A stretch of DNA of 64,000 bases from Anthoceros angustus (taxonomy: Eukaryota; Plantae; Anthocerotophyta). The notes below the pieces were generated by a model. That model made no database searches, was not told where the DNA came from, and saw only the letters and a program-made list of their open reading frames with translations. Below are positions 24,008-37,140 of the stretch, piece after piece. Location of the stretch: NCBI GenBank assembly GCA_010909165.1, contig VJWM01000144.1:310001-374000 (forward strand), written 5' to 3'. Numbering within the stretch: position 1 is the stretch's first letter; each line of letters begins with the position of its first letter. Made by a program: the position numbers and the translations under genes.

Positions 24008-27000
24008 ATGACGCCTGCATTTCCAAGGCACGCTTCTCCTGGTCCGATTCCTGTCTCGTTGTCTCCAGCCATGAGCGGGCCTTGCAAGATCTTTCCGCAG
24101 CGCATGCTGCAGTTCATGTCTTCGCTTGAATGGGCAGGTGCTGCCCGCATGCTATCCAGTGACGTTCATTGTCCTGGTATGCACACGTACAGAGGAGGAG
24201 AAGGCGGTGCCCTTCTTGGTCCAGTTCTGCCTGGAATGGTGCCTTCTGCAAGGCAGACGAGCAATGAGTGGGCATGGAGTGTGAGGTGACCATGCGGGAC
24301 ACGCAGCTGCAGGTTGGGGATTTGGGATGACAATGCCGTGTGTTTCTATGTCTCTGGAGACTCCTGGTGGAAGGTGGGTTTTCTCTGCTTATTCAGCTTG
24401 GTATCTGACAGATGACATGAAATGGAGGTAGAACTGTGAATCTGTTTGTAACCTGCATGTTGGGTTTTCTAGGTGGCGGATTACTGCTGGAGATATTGAC
24501 CCATCATGGGACATCGAAAATTTATGCAAGGAAGGGAAACTGGAGAGGGCACTGGTTGCCTTGCAGCGCATGGATGACCAGGGTGGTGTAGCTTCGGTGC
24601 ACATTTATAGGCACCTGTTGCAGGCCTGCACGAGAAAGAAGGCCCTTGCCGAGGCCAAAGTGGTACATGCTCATCTGGAAAAATGTGGGCTGGAATCTAA
24701 CAGACTTTTGGATCTTGTGGTGACTACGTTGGTGAACTGTGGAGGCCTAGGGGATGGGCTGGAAGTGTTCCAGAGGTTGTCACAGCGGACTGTTTTCTCG
24801 TGGACAGCCGTCCTTGCAGGGCATGTCAAAGCTGGTAAATGCCGGGAGGCTCTTGCAGGGTATGAGCAGATGCTTCAGGAAGGTATCCAGCCTGACAATC
24901 ATACCTTTGTTGCCCTACTCAAGGCCTGCAGCAGATTACAAGATCTGCAAGAGGGCAAGCGCATTCATTCTGAGGCTGTGGAATATGGGTTGGAAACAGA
25001 CGTTTTTGTGGGAAGCTCCCTTGTTAGTATGTATGCCAAGTGTGGGAGCATTACGGATGCACAGCAGGTCTTTGACAGATTGTCCGAGCGTAATGTAGTC
25101 TCATGGAACGCGATTCTTGCAGCCTATGCTCAACAGGGCCAAGGAGACCATGCTTTGCAGATCTATTGTCGAATGCAACGTGAGGGGGTAAGTCCAGATG
25201 CACGGACATTTGTAAGTGTTCTCCAAGCTTGTGGTGCAATCTCTGAGGATGATGACCTCACAGTTGTCAATGGGCAAAGGTTAAGATGCGGTTGCTGCAA
25301 CAGGGAAAGGTATTGCATGCTGCAGCCGCTGTCAGAGGGTTTGATTCAGATCTCTTTGTTGGTAGCAGTCTGGTTAGTATGTACGCAAAGTGTGGGAGCC
25401 TTTTGGATGCGCAACAGGTCTTTGATGGATTGACACAGCGAGATGCAGTGTTGTGGGCTGCCATGGCTGCAGCATATGCTCAGCAAAACCAAGGAGAGAT
25501 GGCGTTGCAGATGTATCACCAGATGCAGGAAGCAGGGATCAGTCCGAATCAGCGAGTTTTTGTTAGTGCTCTTCAGGCATGTGGAATACTTGCAGAAAAG
25601 GAGATAGGTACATCCATGGATGGGAGTACTGTCAAGATTCAGTCATTGAGGAAGGGGAAGGAGATTCATGCCGTGGCTACTCAGAGAGGTGTTGGGAAAG
25701 ACATTTTTGTTGGGAATGCATTGCTTAGCATGTATGGCAGGTGTGGGAGCAGTATAGATATGCAGCATGTTTTTGATAGGTTGTCTCAGCGCGAGGTAGT
25801 ATCATGGAACACAATGCTTGCATCATATGCTCAACAAGGGGAAGGGACCAAAGCCTTGCAGATGCTTCAGCAAATGGAAATGGAAGGTGTGACACCAGAT
25901 GCACGGACCTGTGTTGCTATCCTTCAAGCATGTGGCACGCTTGCAGAAGAGGAGGATCCTGCACTTGTGAATGGACAACACATCAAACTGCAGTCCCTCC
26001 AAAAGGGAAAGGAAATACATGCCAGAGCTACGTTCTGGGGACTAGGTACAGATGTGTTCATTGCGAGCACCTTAGTTAGTGTTTATGCAAAGTGTGGGAG
26101 CCTCACAGATGCACAAGAGGTCTTTGATAGTTTGTCCCAGCGTGATGTTGTGTCATGGACAGCAATAATCACGGCCTATGGCCAGCATGAGCGAGGCCAC
26201 ATGGCGTTGCAGATGTACGGAGAAATGCAACAGGAAGGTGTGCCTCCAGATGGTCAAACCTTTGTCAGTGCTCTCCAAGCATGTGGCACCATTGCAGCAC
26301 AGGAGAAGAGCACAATTGTGGAGGGGCAAATTGTCAAGGTTGAGTCTCTGAAAAAAGTGAAAGAAATGCATGCTGGAGCTTCAAGACGGGGGTTTCCACT
26401 GAGCCTGTTCCTTGGGAGTGCATTGGTTAGCACGTACGCAAAGTGTGGGAGCATCAAAGATGCGGAACACATGTTTGCCCGATTACCGCAGCGTGATGTT
26501 GTGTCATGGACTGCTATGATTGCAGGATATGCCCAGCAGGACCAAGGAGACAAAGCTCTGCAACTGTACGCCCAGATGCAAGCCGAAGGCATTATCCCTC
26601 ATGAGCCCACCTATATCGCTGTCCTGGAAGCCTGTGGCAACACAGGAGCCCTGGACATCTGTTTGCAAGTCCACCAAAACATTGTGGGCAGTACAGGGAC
26701 GTGCAGCCTTCCTCTTGCAAACAGTCTCATCCACGCCTATGGTAGATGTGGAAGCATGGCGGATGCACAACTCGTCTTTGATTCATTACCTCAGCCTGAT
26801 ACTGTCTCATGGACTGCTCTGATTGCTGGCTATGCCCGAGAAGGAGATTGTCAGATGAGCATACGATGCTATGATGCCATGCGCCTATCAGGAGAGAAAC
26901 CAGACAGTGTTACGTTTCTAGCACTCCTCACTGCTTGCAGTCATGCTGGGTCAGTGGATGAGGGGTTGGACTACTTCGAAACCATGACCAGAGATCATGG

Positions 27001-27475
27001 AATCCATCCACAGCTCGAGCACTATGCCTGCGTGGTGGATCTTGTTGGCCGTGCCGGACTCTTCAGCAAGGCAGAAATGCTGCTCTCAGAAATGTCTGTG
27101 GAACCAGACTTGCCTGTTTGGCTGTCCTTGCTGGGGGCATGCCAAAAGTACGGCAACGTGGCGTTAGGGCGGCGAGCCTTCAACAATGCTGTGTACTTAG
27201 AACCAAAACATGGCGCGGCGTATGCGTTGATGACCAATATCTATGCCAATGTGGGCATGCGGGACTCTGTAGAGGAGATACAGAGTTTGAAACTGGCGGC
27301 CGGAGCAACCAAAGATCCAGGCCAGTCCTGGATGCAACACAAGCACAAAGTGCACAATTTTTTGGTGGGAGACTCTAGGCACCAACAAGAATCAGTGATT
27401 TATGGATTGCTCCACGGTCTCATATCCGAGCTCGAAGAGCCATTGTATGATGCATTATGGGCAGGCCAGAGGTAA
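24008..27475 (+). CDS. PLS-class pentatricopeptide repeat protein with E/E+ domains (organellar RNA-editing factor type), one frameshift near 25280
   Basis: Exon 24008-24285, intron GT 24286 to AG 24472, exon 24473-27475 in frame. Repeated MYAKCGS..DA..VFD.L..RDVVSW motifs. E-domain HYACVVDLVGRAG, PG-box PGQSW, no DYW. Confidence 0.9.
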
Positions 27476-27569
27476 CTGGCGCCAAGACGGACACTAGGTC
27501 CTTGCAGACGAAGTCCCTTTATGCAGCTTAAGAGACGTATGGGAGTTACAATGGGACCAAGTCCCTTCA

Positions 27570-28876
27570 TCAGCCAATGTGCTCCTTGAAGAATTTGATA
27601 ATTTGGGCCGACACAAGTTCAGGCCGTTCCTGTTGTATGAAGTGACTGGCGCCTTCAACGACGATGGACTCCTTCAGCCTTGGGACGAGTGCCTTGAAAC
27701 CTCCTCCGAGCAGATACTCCTTTATTCCAGGAAGATACTGCGCCAGATCCTTCTTCCCGGTGATGAACAAAGCAGGAGTGTCTGGGATGCCCCTCTCAGA
27801 CCAAGAAGCTTTCAGCTCCCATGTCCTGTGCATCCACCAACAAGTGTGATGCCATGTAGTTATGACATCTGGAAGATGCAACGGATACTACAACAAACTG
27901 GTTGTGAAGAAAATAAGTAAAAAAGGCAACCGTACCTGTCAAGCGCACGATAGTGGTTCAGGGGAGTGGTGAATCCTGACTTCCTGAACGTGTTTACAAA
28001 GTGAGCCAAATCCTGCTTTGTGAACCATGGCGGAAATTCTTCAGGAGGGTCAGCTGTGAAGTCCTCCTCCTCTGGCTTACCCTGATTCTTGAAAGCTCTT
28101 TTGCCGAGAAACAATCCCTTGAGAACACGTTCATATCCGATCTTCTCATACAGAGCCTCCGCCACTCCTTTCTCCTGCCAGTGCACCACCTCAAGCACTG
28201 TCAACCATGGACAGGGGCATACGAGCAGCGGTCGTCATCTTCGCCGTACCTGATAGCGCGCCATGTAAAATCCCTCTCCTATAGCCTGACGCAACTGTGT
28301 CACGAGGCTCCCGATGGGAAGGCGAGGCAGAAAAGGTACACTCAGCATCACAGCAGCTTTCACTCGATCCGGCCGGAACAAGCACAGATCCCAGGCATGG
28401 ATAGCTCCGAAGTCGTGTCCCACCACGAATGCCTGCCACACACAGCTCCCTCAGCCACACACAGCCTTCTGCAAAGCACCTAAACAAGGAGCGGACTCGG
28501 ACCAGACCTGCTCTGCTCCGAGTGCATCGAGCAGGCCAAGGAAGTCTCCCGCTAGGTGCAGCGCCGTGTATTCCTCTGGAGACTCCGGGCCCTCGGTGTC
28601 ACCAAACCCTCGGAGGTCAGGAGCCACAGCGTGGAAACCCGCGGCTGCCAAAGCTGGCAGCTGGTGCCGCCAAGAGTACCAGCTCTCAGGATATCCATGC
28701 AGCAGCAGGACAACAGGCCCTGCAATCCATTGAATTCAAGAATGAAGGCTCAAATTTTAGATTCGGGCACAAAAATTGCAGTCATTCTCCAGCATTCCAA
28801 ACTGACCGGATCCTTGCTCCGCGATGTGGATTTTCAGGCCGTTGGCATCCACAAATCGATGCGTCACTTCCCCCAT
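27570..28876 (-). CDS. Alpha/beta-fold epoxide hydrolase (copy 1)
   Basis: MGEVTHRFVDANGLKIHIAEQG, HGYPESWYSWRHQ, GHDFGA nucleophile, FYMARYQ, LNHYRA, GASHFIQQE. Multiple GT-AG introns. Confidence 0.92.
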
Positions 28877-29256
28877 CCTGCCAAGCTCGGCGCTCCCTGA
28901 ACTCCGCCAAATCCAGCTCCAATTCCCTGCCGTGATTGCAATCGCAACGGACCATCCCCGCGATACACCATAGCCACAGAAGCACCTTCCTCGAAAGCTC
29001 CACCCCAGCCACACGACACATCACGTTGTTTGCAGTCTTGCAAACAAATCCGAGATGCTCGGTTGCTCGGACTCTACTTCAGGGCGACCATGACAGGGTA
29101 CCAGATTTTCAGACACAGACGGAGTATCGCATCTTTCAGCAGGAGTCAGCTAATTGGCAGTGAACAATACTGGGTTATAAGTGTTTCTAGCTCAAGAGTA
29201 CACGTCTTCCAATCCACTGTATTTACATTCCTATTTTCTTTGGACGAGGGCATTCC

Positions 29257-30567
29257 TCAGTCACTGTGCTCCTTGAAGAACTTGATGATCTCGGCTGAGA
29301 CAAGGTCGGGACGCTCCTGCTGTATGAAGTGATGTGCACCTTCAACAATTACAGTCTCTTGCAGCTTTGGGACAAGCGCCTTGAAGATTCCGTCGTGCAC
29401 ATAATCCTTCATTTTAGGGTACCCCATATCCTTGTCTCCCAAGATGAACAAGGCAGGAGTGTTCGGGATGCCGCACTCGTTCCACGGAGCCTTCAGCTCC
29501 CAGGACCTGTGCACGCAAAACACGATTGTGATCATGATACTGGAGCTCACCTAACGCATGATAACGGGATGGAAGCAAAACACTGACCTCTCGATGGCAC
29601 GATAGACGTTCAGAGGAGTGGAGAATCCTATCTTTTGAAGGTGTCTACATAGTGAGCCAAATCCTGCTCGGTGAACCAGGGCGGAAATTCTTCAGGAGGA
29701 TCAGCTGTGAAGTCTTCTTCCTCAGGTTTGTCCAGATTCTTGAAGGGCGTCTCGCCAAGAAGGATTCCTTTCAGGACACGGTCGTACCCGGACTTCTCAT
29801 ACAGAGCCTCCGCCTCTCCTTTTCTGCCAGCCCGCCACCGGTGCCTCAACAGCGTCAATCATCAACAAATCACACACACAGGAAACTCAAGCTTGCAGGA
29901 CGCTGTCATACCTGATACCGGACCATGTAGAAGCCCTCTCCTTCGACAGCACGAAACTGCTTCAAGAAGCTGCCATCGGAACTGCGAGGAAGAACGGCAC
30001 ACTCAGTGTCACAAGAGCTCTCACACGATCTGGCCGCATCAAGCACAGATCCCATGCGTGCGCAGCTCCCCAATCATGTCCCACCACAAATGCCTGCAAA
30101 ACCAGTCTGCTCAGCCCCAGTTCTACCCGGGTTTCGCCATCGCAAACCACCGACAATCCAGAAAAGGAGCCTGTCTACCTACCTTCATCTCCCCGAGGAC
30201 ATCAAGCAGGCCAATGATGTCTCCCACTTGGTGCAGCGAGGTGTACTCCTCTGGAGACTCTGGCCCCTTGGTCTCGCCATACCCTCGGATGTCAAGAGCA
30301 ACAGCATGGAAACCCGCGGCTGCCAAAGCTGGCAGCTGGTGCCGCCAAGAGTACCAGCTCTCAGGAAATCCGTGAAGCAGCAGCACAATCGGTCCTGCAA
30401 TAACATTCGCAAGCTCATCCATCAAATGCTAACCAGCACGAGATTTGCAACATTTTTCCAAACATCCATGGATCCTCTCGCATTCCTGGGAACCTACCGG
30501 ATCCCTGCTCCGCAATGTGAATTTTCAGACCGTTGGCCTCCACAAAGCGATGCGTTAACTCTCCCAT
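29257..30567 (-). pseudogene. Epoxide hydrolase (copy 2), apparently frameshifted
   Basis: HGFPESWYSWRHQ, GHDWGA, GAHHFIQQE. 1-bp shortfalls versus copy 3 at ~29990 and ~29633 (pseudogene or consensus error). Confidence 0.7.
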
Positions 30568-30769
30568 GCTGTCAGCTCAGAGCTCCCAAACCTTTGCCAA
30601 CTCCGCTCCCCTCCCGGCGTCAGGATGTTGCATGCACATGGATGCCGCTTCCACGTTGCCAGCCCCAACCCTACCATCCAGAGGCATCGACCACGCGCAA
30701 AACCGAAGAAAGCGGGGTCTCTCTCGAAACAGATACGATAGTCAGATTGAGGATTGTGCCTCGAACAAA

Positions 30770-31930
30770 TTTTCAGCTTGTCACGTTCTTGCGTTGTCTC
30801 CAGCCATTAGCGGGCCTTGTAAGATCTTTCCACAGTGCATGCTGCAGTTCATGTCGTCGCTTGGATGGGCAGGTCCTGTCCGCATGTTGGCCAGTGACGT
30901 TCATTGTCATGGTATGCACACGTACTGTGGAGGAGAAGGAGGTGCTGTGGTTGGTCCAGTTCTGCTTGGGATGCTGCCTTCTGCAAGACAGACAAAGAAT
31001 GGGTGGGCATAAAGTGGTATTGCATGCTGCAGCCGCTGTCAAAGGATTCGATTCAAATCTCCTTGTTGGTAGCAGTCTGGTTAGTATGTACGCAAAGTGT
31101 GGAACCCTTGTGGATGCACAACAGGTCTTTGATGGATTGACACAACGAGATGCAGTGTTGTGGCCTGCCATGGCTGCAGCATATGCTCAGCAAAACCAAG
31201 GAGAGATGGCGTTGCAGATGTATCAGCAGACGCAGGAATCAGGGATCAGGCTGAATCAGCGATTTTTGTTAGGCTCTTCGGGCATGTGGAATACTTGCAG
31301 AAAAGGACATACGCATATCCATGGATGGGAGTACTGTCAAGATCCAGTCACTAAGTAAGGGGAAGGAGATTCATGCTGTGGCTACTCAGTGAGGTGTTGG
31401 GACAGACGTTTTTGTTGGAAATGCATTGGTTAGCATGTATGGCAAGTGTAAGCAGTAGGGATATGTAGCATGTCTTTGATAGGTTGTCTCAGCGAGAGGT
31501 AGTATCATGGAACACAATGCTTGTATCATATGATCACCAAGGGCAAGGGACGAAAGCCTTGCCGATGCTTCGGCAAATGGAAATGGAAGGTGTGAAACCA
31601 GGTGCACGGACCTCTGTTGGGACAGACGTTTTTGTTGGAAATGCATTGGTTAGCATGTATGGCAAGTGTAAGCAGTAGAGATATGCAGCATGTTTTTGAT
31701 AGGTTGTCTCAGCGAGAGGTAGTACCATGGAACACAAAGCTTGCATCATATGATCACCAAGGGCAAGGTACGAAAGCCTTGCAGATGCTTCGGCAAATGG
31801 AAATGGAAGGTGTGACACCAGATGCACGGACGTGTGTTGCTATCCTTCAAGCATGTGGCACGCTTCCAGAAGTGGAGGATCCTGCACTTGTGAATGGACA
31901 ACACATCAAACTGCAGTCCCTCCAAAGATG
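30770..31930 (+). pseudogene. Rearranged PPR pseudogene fragment derived from the 24008-27475 gene
   Basis: Exon-1-like sequence joined directly to internal PPR motifs. Stops (31356, 31388, 31456) and an internal ~220-bp duplication (31394/31615). Confidence 0.85.
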
Positions 31931-32029
31931 ATCCCGCAACCACTCGAGACGCGGGAAAATCTCTCCGTCCTCGGGGACTCGAATGAACATTGAGATGGAT
32001 CCCGCAACCACTTGGACCCACTACCTACT

Positions 32030-32272
32030 TCCTTTTTATAAATGTGTGTCCAAATGGCTTTGGCCAAATGGACACACATTTACAAGAACGTCTAAGATCA
32101 AGTACTTAAATGGGGTGCCTAAAGGGAGTGGATGCCCTTGGTGCAGGTAGCTTAGGTGGATGCCCTTGGTGCAGGTAGCTTAGGCACACCATGGTACAAG
32201 TTGTTAAGTTCCAAGTCCCATGAGGGAAATTCGTTCTTAGGTGGATTTAAATAAAATTCTTCTTCTTCTTTT
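32030..32272 (+). mobile_element. Short interspersed structured repeat with (TTC)n tail, copy 2
   Basis: Homologous to 21647-21848. Has an internal ~29-bp duplication and a 5' hairpin atgtgtgtcca..tggacacacat. Confidence 0.8.
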
Positions 32273-32511
32273 CTACTGACAATGTGTTTATATTAGTATA
32301 CATTAAAATATAAAAATTTAATACTTTGTTATTTAAATTATATAAAATATTTTTAACAATTTTAAATTTTCGTTTTGGAAATCTAAACTATTCGGCAAAG
32401 GGCGCCCAACACTCTAGCCCTCTACGGTCGTTTTCCGTTTCCGTTTGATTATGCATGGAAGTTGGGACACGGTACACCGGGCAACTAGAGATGCTTTAGC
32501 ACTGTGATTCC

Positions 32512-33851
32512 TCAGTCACTGTGCTCCTTGAAAAACTTGATGATCTCGGCTGAAACAAGGTCGGGACGCTCCTGCTGTATGAAGTGATGTGCACCTTTAA
32601 CGATAATAGTCTCCTTCAGCTTTGGGACTTGCACCTTGAAGGCCCCTTCGTGTATGTACTCCTTTATTCCAGGGAAGTCGTACACCAGATCTTTGTCTCC
32701 AATGATGACCAAGGCAGGAGTGTCGGGGATGCCACACTCATTCCAAGGAGCCTTTAACTCCCAGGATCTGTGCACGCATAGACGAATGTGATGCAAAGCA
32801 GGGCATGACACTGGAGCTCAACTATAATAAGGGGATAGAAGAAACACGCTGACCTCTCGATGGCACGATAGACGTTCAGAGGAGTGGTGAATCCTATCTT
32901 CTTGAACGTGTCTACGTAGTGAGCCAAATCCTGCTCGGTGAACCAGGGCGGAAATTCTTCAGGAGGATCAGCTGTGAAGTCTTCTTCCTCAGGTTTGTCC
33001 AGATTCTTGAAGGGCGTTTCGCCAAGAAGGATTCCTTTCAGAACACGGTCATACCCGGACTTCTCATACAGAGCCTCAGTCTGTCCCTTGGTCTGCCAGA
33101 CCGCCACCGGCACCTCAACAGCGTCAACCATGAACGAATCACACACACACACAGTGAACGTTAACCTCAAGCTTGCAGGACGCTGTCATACCTGATACCG
33201 GACCATGTAGAAGCCCTCTCCTTCGACAGCACGAAACTGCTTCAAGAAGCTGCCGCCGGACCTGCGAGGCAGGAACGGCACACTCAGAGACACAAGAGCT
33301 CTCACACGATCTGGCCGCATCAAGCACAGATCCCATGCGTGCGCTGCTCCCCAATCGTGTGCCACCACGAATGCCTGCAAAACCAGTCTTCTCAGCCCCA
33401 GCTCTACCCCGGCCTAGACAAAGCAAAGCACCAAAAATCCAGAAAAGGCGCCCGTCCACCTACCTTCTTCTCCCCGAGAGCATCAAGCAGGCCAATGATG
33501 TCTCCCACTTGGTGCAGCGAGGTGTATTCCTCTGGAGACTCCGGCCCCTTGGTCTCGCCATACCCTCGGATGTCAGGAGCAACAGCATGGAAACCCGCGG
33601 CTGCCAAAGCTGGCAGCTGGTGCCGCCAAGAGTACCAGCTCTCAGGAAATCCGTGAAGCAGCAGCACAATCGGTCCTGCAATAACATCCGCAAGCTGATC
33701 CATCAAATGCTAACCAGATGCTAACCAGAGATTTGAAACATTTTTCCAAACCTCCATGGCTCCTCCCACATTCCCACTCACCGGATCCCTGCTCCGCAAT
33801 GTGAATTTTCAGACCATTGGCCTCCACAAAGCGATGCGTTAACTCTCCCAT
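32512..33851 (-). CDS. Alpha/beta-fold epoxide hydrolase (copy 3)
   Basis: MGELTHRFVEANGLKIHIAEQG, HGFPESW, AHDWGA, FYMVRYQ, LNVYRA, GAHHFIQQE. Open exons. Confidence 0.92.
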
Positions 33852-34755
33852 GCTGTCAGCTCAGAGCTCCGGAACCTTGGCCGACTCCACTCCCCTCCCG
33901 GCCTCAGGATGCTGCATGCATATAGACGCCGCTTGCCAGTTGCCAGCCCCAACCCTACCATCCGGTGGCATCAACCATGCGCAAAATCCGAGAAGGCACC
34001 GTCTCCCTCGAAACAGATGAGATAAGTGACTCTTGAGGATTGTGCCTCGCTTCTAGTTTTAGAACGCAGACGCGCGGCTTCCTTCAATTCACATTGCTCC
34101 AGTCACATTTGCAAGTGTTTGGAAGTTCAGAGAAACCGACCTCGATGCAGGCAGAGATGCTCTTGGTGAACTGCGCTGGAAGTGTGTGCTGTGGCAGGTG
34201 TGCCGTCGTGTCGAGCTTTCTTGGAAATATGTAATAACGCGCTTGGCCAGCACAAATTGCTGCAGGAGAGTACAAGCGTTCCGCGTGGAAGGGGCTCATC
34301 ACCGCATACAGCTGCAGCATCCGAACTTGTTCCTCAGCCGAACTCAGCAAATGCTTCAAGGAGCACGGTGGCGATGAATTCAAGCCCTTGGGTCGAAAAT
34401 GAAACCACGGTACAGACTCCACAGACCTGTCCAAGTCATTGTTTGATATAAAGCTAAGCTTTTCAATTGCATCTGTGAAGGTTACAACAGATGCCTCAAC
34501 AAACCAACGACTTTTGATTGTGGGATCTTTGTCTTCATGTTTGCCCAATATCAACTTTGTTTTTTCTCAGTTACAACAAGGTATTCAACAGTAGATTTTC
34601 AATCAAGAGTATTTCAGCATCTTTTGGGAGAGAATTATAAGATTTGAATTTATTGTGTAAGCTTTGAATTTATTGTGTTAAAAAAATATTTTTTAACACA
34701 ATACGAGCTCTTACACCACTTTCAACGTTCTATTGTAGTTGTTAATTCTTAAAGT

Positions 34756-35012
34756 GAAGAAGAAGAAGAAGAAGAAGAATATTTAAGTCCACTAAGGATG
34801 AATTTCCGTCATGGGACTTGGTACTTAACAACTTGTACCATGTGTGCCTAAGCTACTCGCACCAAGGGCATCCACTCCCTTTAGGCACCCCATCTACTTG
34901 CACCAAAGGCATCCATTTAGCCACCCCATCTAAGTAACGATCTAAGCTCAGGATGCTTAATCACGAGGTTCTTCTAAATGTGTGTCCATTTGGCCTAAGC
35001 CATTTGGACACT
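34756..35012 (-). mobile_element. Short interspersed structured repeat with (TTC)n tail, copy 3
   Basis: (GAA)8 at 34756-34779 followed by the reverse complement of the family consensus. Confidence 0.85.
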
Positions 35013-35387
35013 CATCAACTTAGCTTGAATCTTAGCATGTCAACTTTATAACAATAATATCTTTACAAGTATATTTATAATATTTATAAATTTATAAATA
35101 TAATTATCTTTTATATTATAATAAGAAACTAGTTTGGTAGAAAATTGTAACACGGATTCTCAATGGTCAAATACATACATAGATAACTGGTTCTTGCTGA
35201 AAGATGTAATTCTCTTCGGGTTTGAAAATCGTTACCATTTGGACTGAAGGGTTTGGCCTGATCAGTTACCCTATCTATTTGGTCTTAGGTTCAAATAATT
35301 TAGGCTAATTAACATATATCTATAAAAATACCACTATTAAACATCATTTATTTAAGAACATCACTATTAAATATCATTTATTTAGAT

Positions 35388-35590
35388 AGGTACTTAAATG
35401 GGTGCTAGAGGGAGTGGATGCCCTTGGTGTAAATAGCGTGTAAGTTTTAGGCAAACCATGGTACAAGTGTGAAATGGCAATGGAGACTTTATTAAAAAGA
35501 AGATGGGAGAACCCATGTACTCTAAACCCATCTACCCATCAAGTGTTAAGTACAAGTCCCATGACAGCAAAATTCCGTCCGAGTGGACTA
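35388..35590 (+). mobile_element. Short interspersed structured repeat, copy 4 (degenerate, internal insertion, no tail)
   Basis: tacttaaatgggtgctagagggagtggatgcccttggtg..ccatggtacaagt..aagtcccatgac..gtggact. Confidence 0.7.
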
Positions 35591-35814
35591 TAATACACCT
35601 CTTTTTCTGCGTCTTTTCTGTCGTGGTCGGCCCTGAAGCATGGTACGGCAAACGAGCGACTCAAGCCTGTAAACAACGTGATGTGTCATCCGGTGGGGGG
35701 AGGCCTTCGAGGAAGGTGCTTCTGCGGTTCGCGGGATGGACAGCTGCCAGAGTTATCGGGGGAGGGAATTGGAGCTGCATTTGGTGGAGTCCAGGAAGCG
35801 CCGAGCTTGGCAGG

Positions 35815-37140
35815 ATGGGAGAAGTGACGCATCGATTTGTGGATGCCAACGGCCTGAAAATTCACATCGCGGAGCAGGGATCGGGTCAGTTTGGAATGCG
35901 GGAGAATCCGCGCAGAATTTGTGGCTGGATGAAAATTTTTAGCCTTGATTTCAGAATTCAATGGAATTGCAGGGCCTGTCGTCCTGCTGCTGCATGGATA
36001 TCCTGAGAGCTGGTACTCTTGGCGGCATCAGCTGCCGGCTCTGGCAGCCGCGGGTTTCCACGCTGTGGCTCCCGACCTCCGAGGCTATGGTGACACCAAG
36101 GGCCCGGAGTCTCCAGAGGAATACACGGCGCTGCACCTAGTGGGAGACTTCATCGGCCTGCTTGATGCACTCGGGGCGAAGCAGGTCTGCTCCGAGTCCG
36201 CTCCATGGTTAGCTGGTTTGGAAGGGGCTTTGAGAGTTCTGAGTGTGGCTGAGGGAGCTGTGTGTGGCAGGCGTTCGTGGCGGGACACGACTTCGGAGCT
36301 ATCCATGCCTGGGATCTGTGCTTGCTGCGGCCGGATCGTGTGAAAGCGGCTGTAATACTGAGTGTGCCTTTTCTGCCTCGCCTTCCCATCGGGAGCGTGT
36401 TGACACAGTTACGTCAGGCTATAGGAGAGGGATTCTACATGGCGCGGTATCAGGTATGACGACAAGATGAGGAACGGCAGCTGAGATGCCATTGTCCCGT
36501 CCGTGGTTGACGGTTCTTGAGGTGGTGCACTGGCAGAAGAAGGGAGTGGCGGAGGCTTTGTATGAGAAGACCGGATATGAGCATGTTCTCAAGGCACTGA
36601 TTCTCGGCGAAACACCTTTCAAGAATGAGGACAAGCCAGAGGAGGAGGACTTCACACCTGACCCTCCCGAGGCATTTCCGCCGTGGTTTACAGAGCAGGA
36701 TTTGGCTCACTTCGTAGACACGTTCAAGAAGTCAGGATTCACCACTCCCTTGAACCATTACCGTGCGCTTGACAGGTGCAGTTGTTTTTTCTTCACGACC
36801 AGTGCGTTGCAGTATGGGTTGCTTCTTCCAAATATCATAACCACGTGCATATGGTTGGCATCACACTTGTTTCTGCATGCACAGGTCATGGGAGCTGAAA
36901 GCTGCCTGGAGTGAGACCGGCATCCCAGACACTCCTGCTTTGTTCATCATCGGTAAGAAGGATCTGGTGTACAATTTCCCTGGAATAAAGGAATATCTGC
37001 ACGGAGGAGGGTTCAAAGGGCTCGTCCCAAAGCTGAAGGAGTCTATACTCGTCGAAGGTGCCAATCACTTCATACAACAGGAACGGCCCGAACTTGTGTC
37101 GGCCGAGATCGTTAAATTCTTCAAGGAGCACAATGGCTGA
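35815..37140 (+). CDS. Alpha/beta-fold epoxide hydrolase (copy 4), inverted duplicate of copy 1
   Basis: Same motifs as copy 1 (HGYP, GHDFG, LNHYR, GANHFIQQE). Flanks mirror 27310-29170. Confidence 0.92.

Noticed and set aside
30006-31358. 450-aa plus-strand ORF
   Set aside because: Antisense to epoxide hydrolase copy 2 and running into a PPR pseudogene; a chance chimeric frame.
34671-34703. AT-rich near-perfect palindrome
   Set aside because: Low complexity, single occurrence, no associated element.
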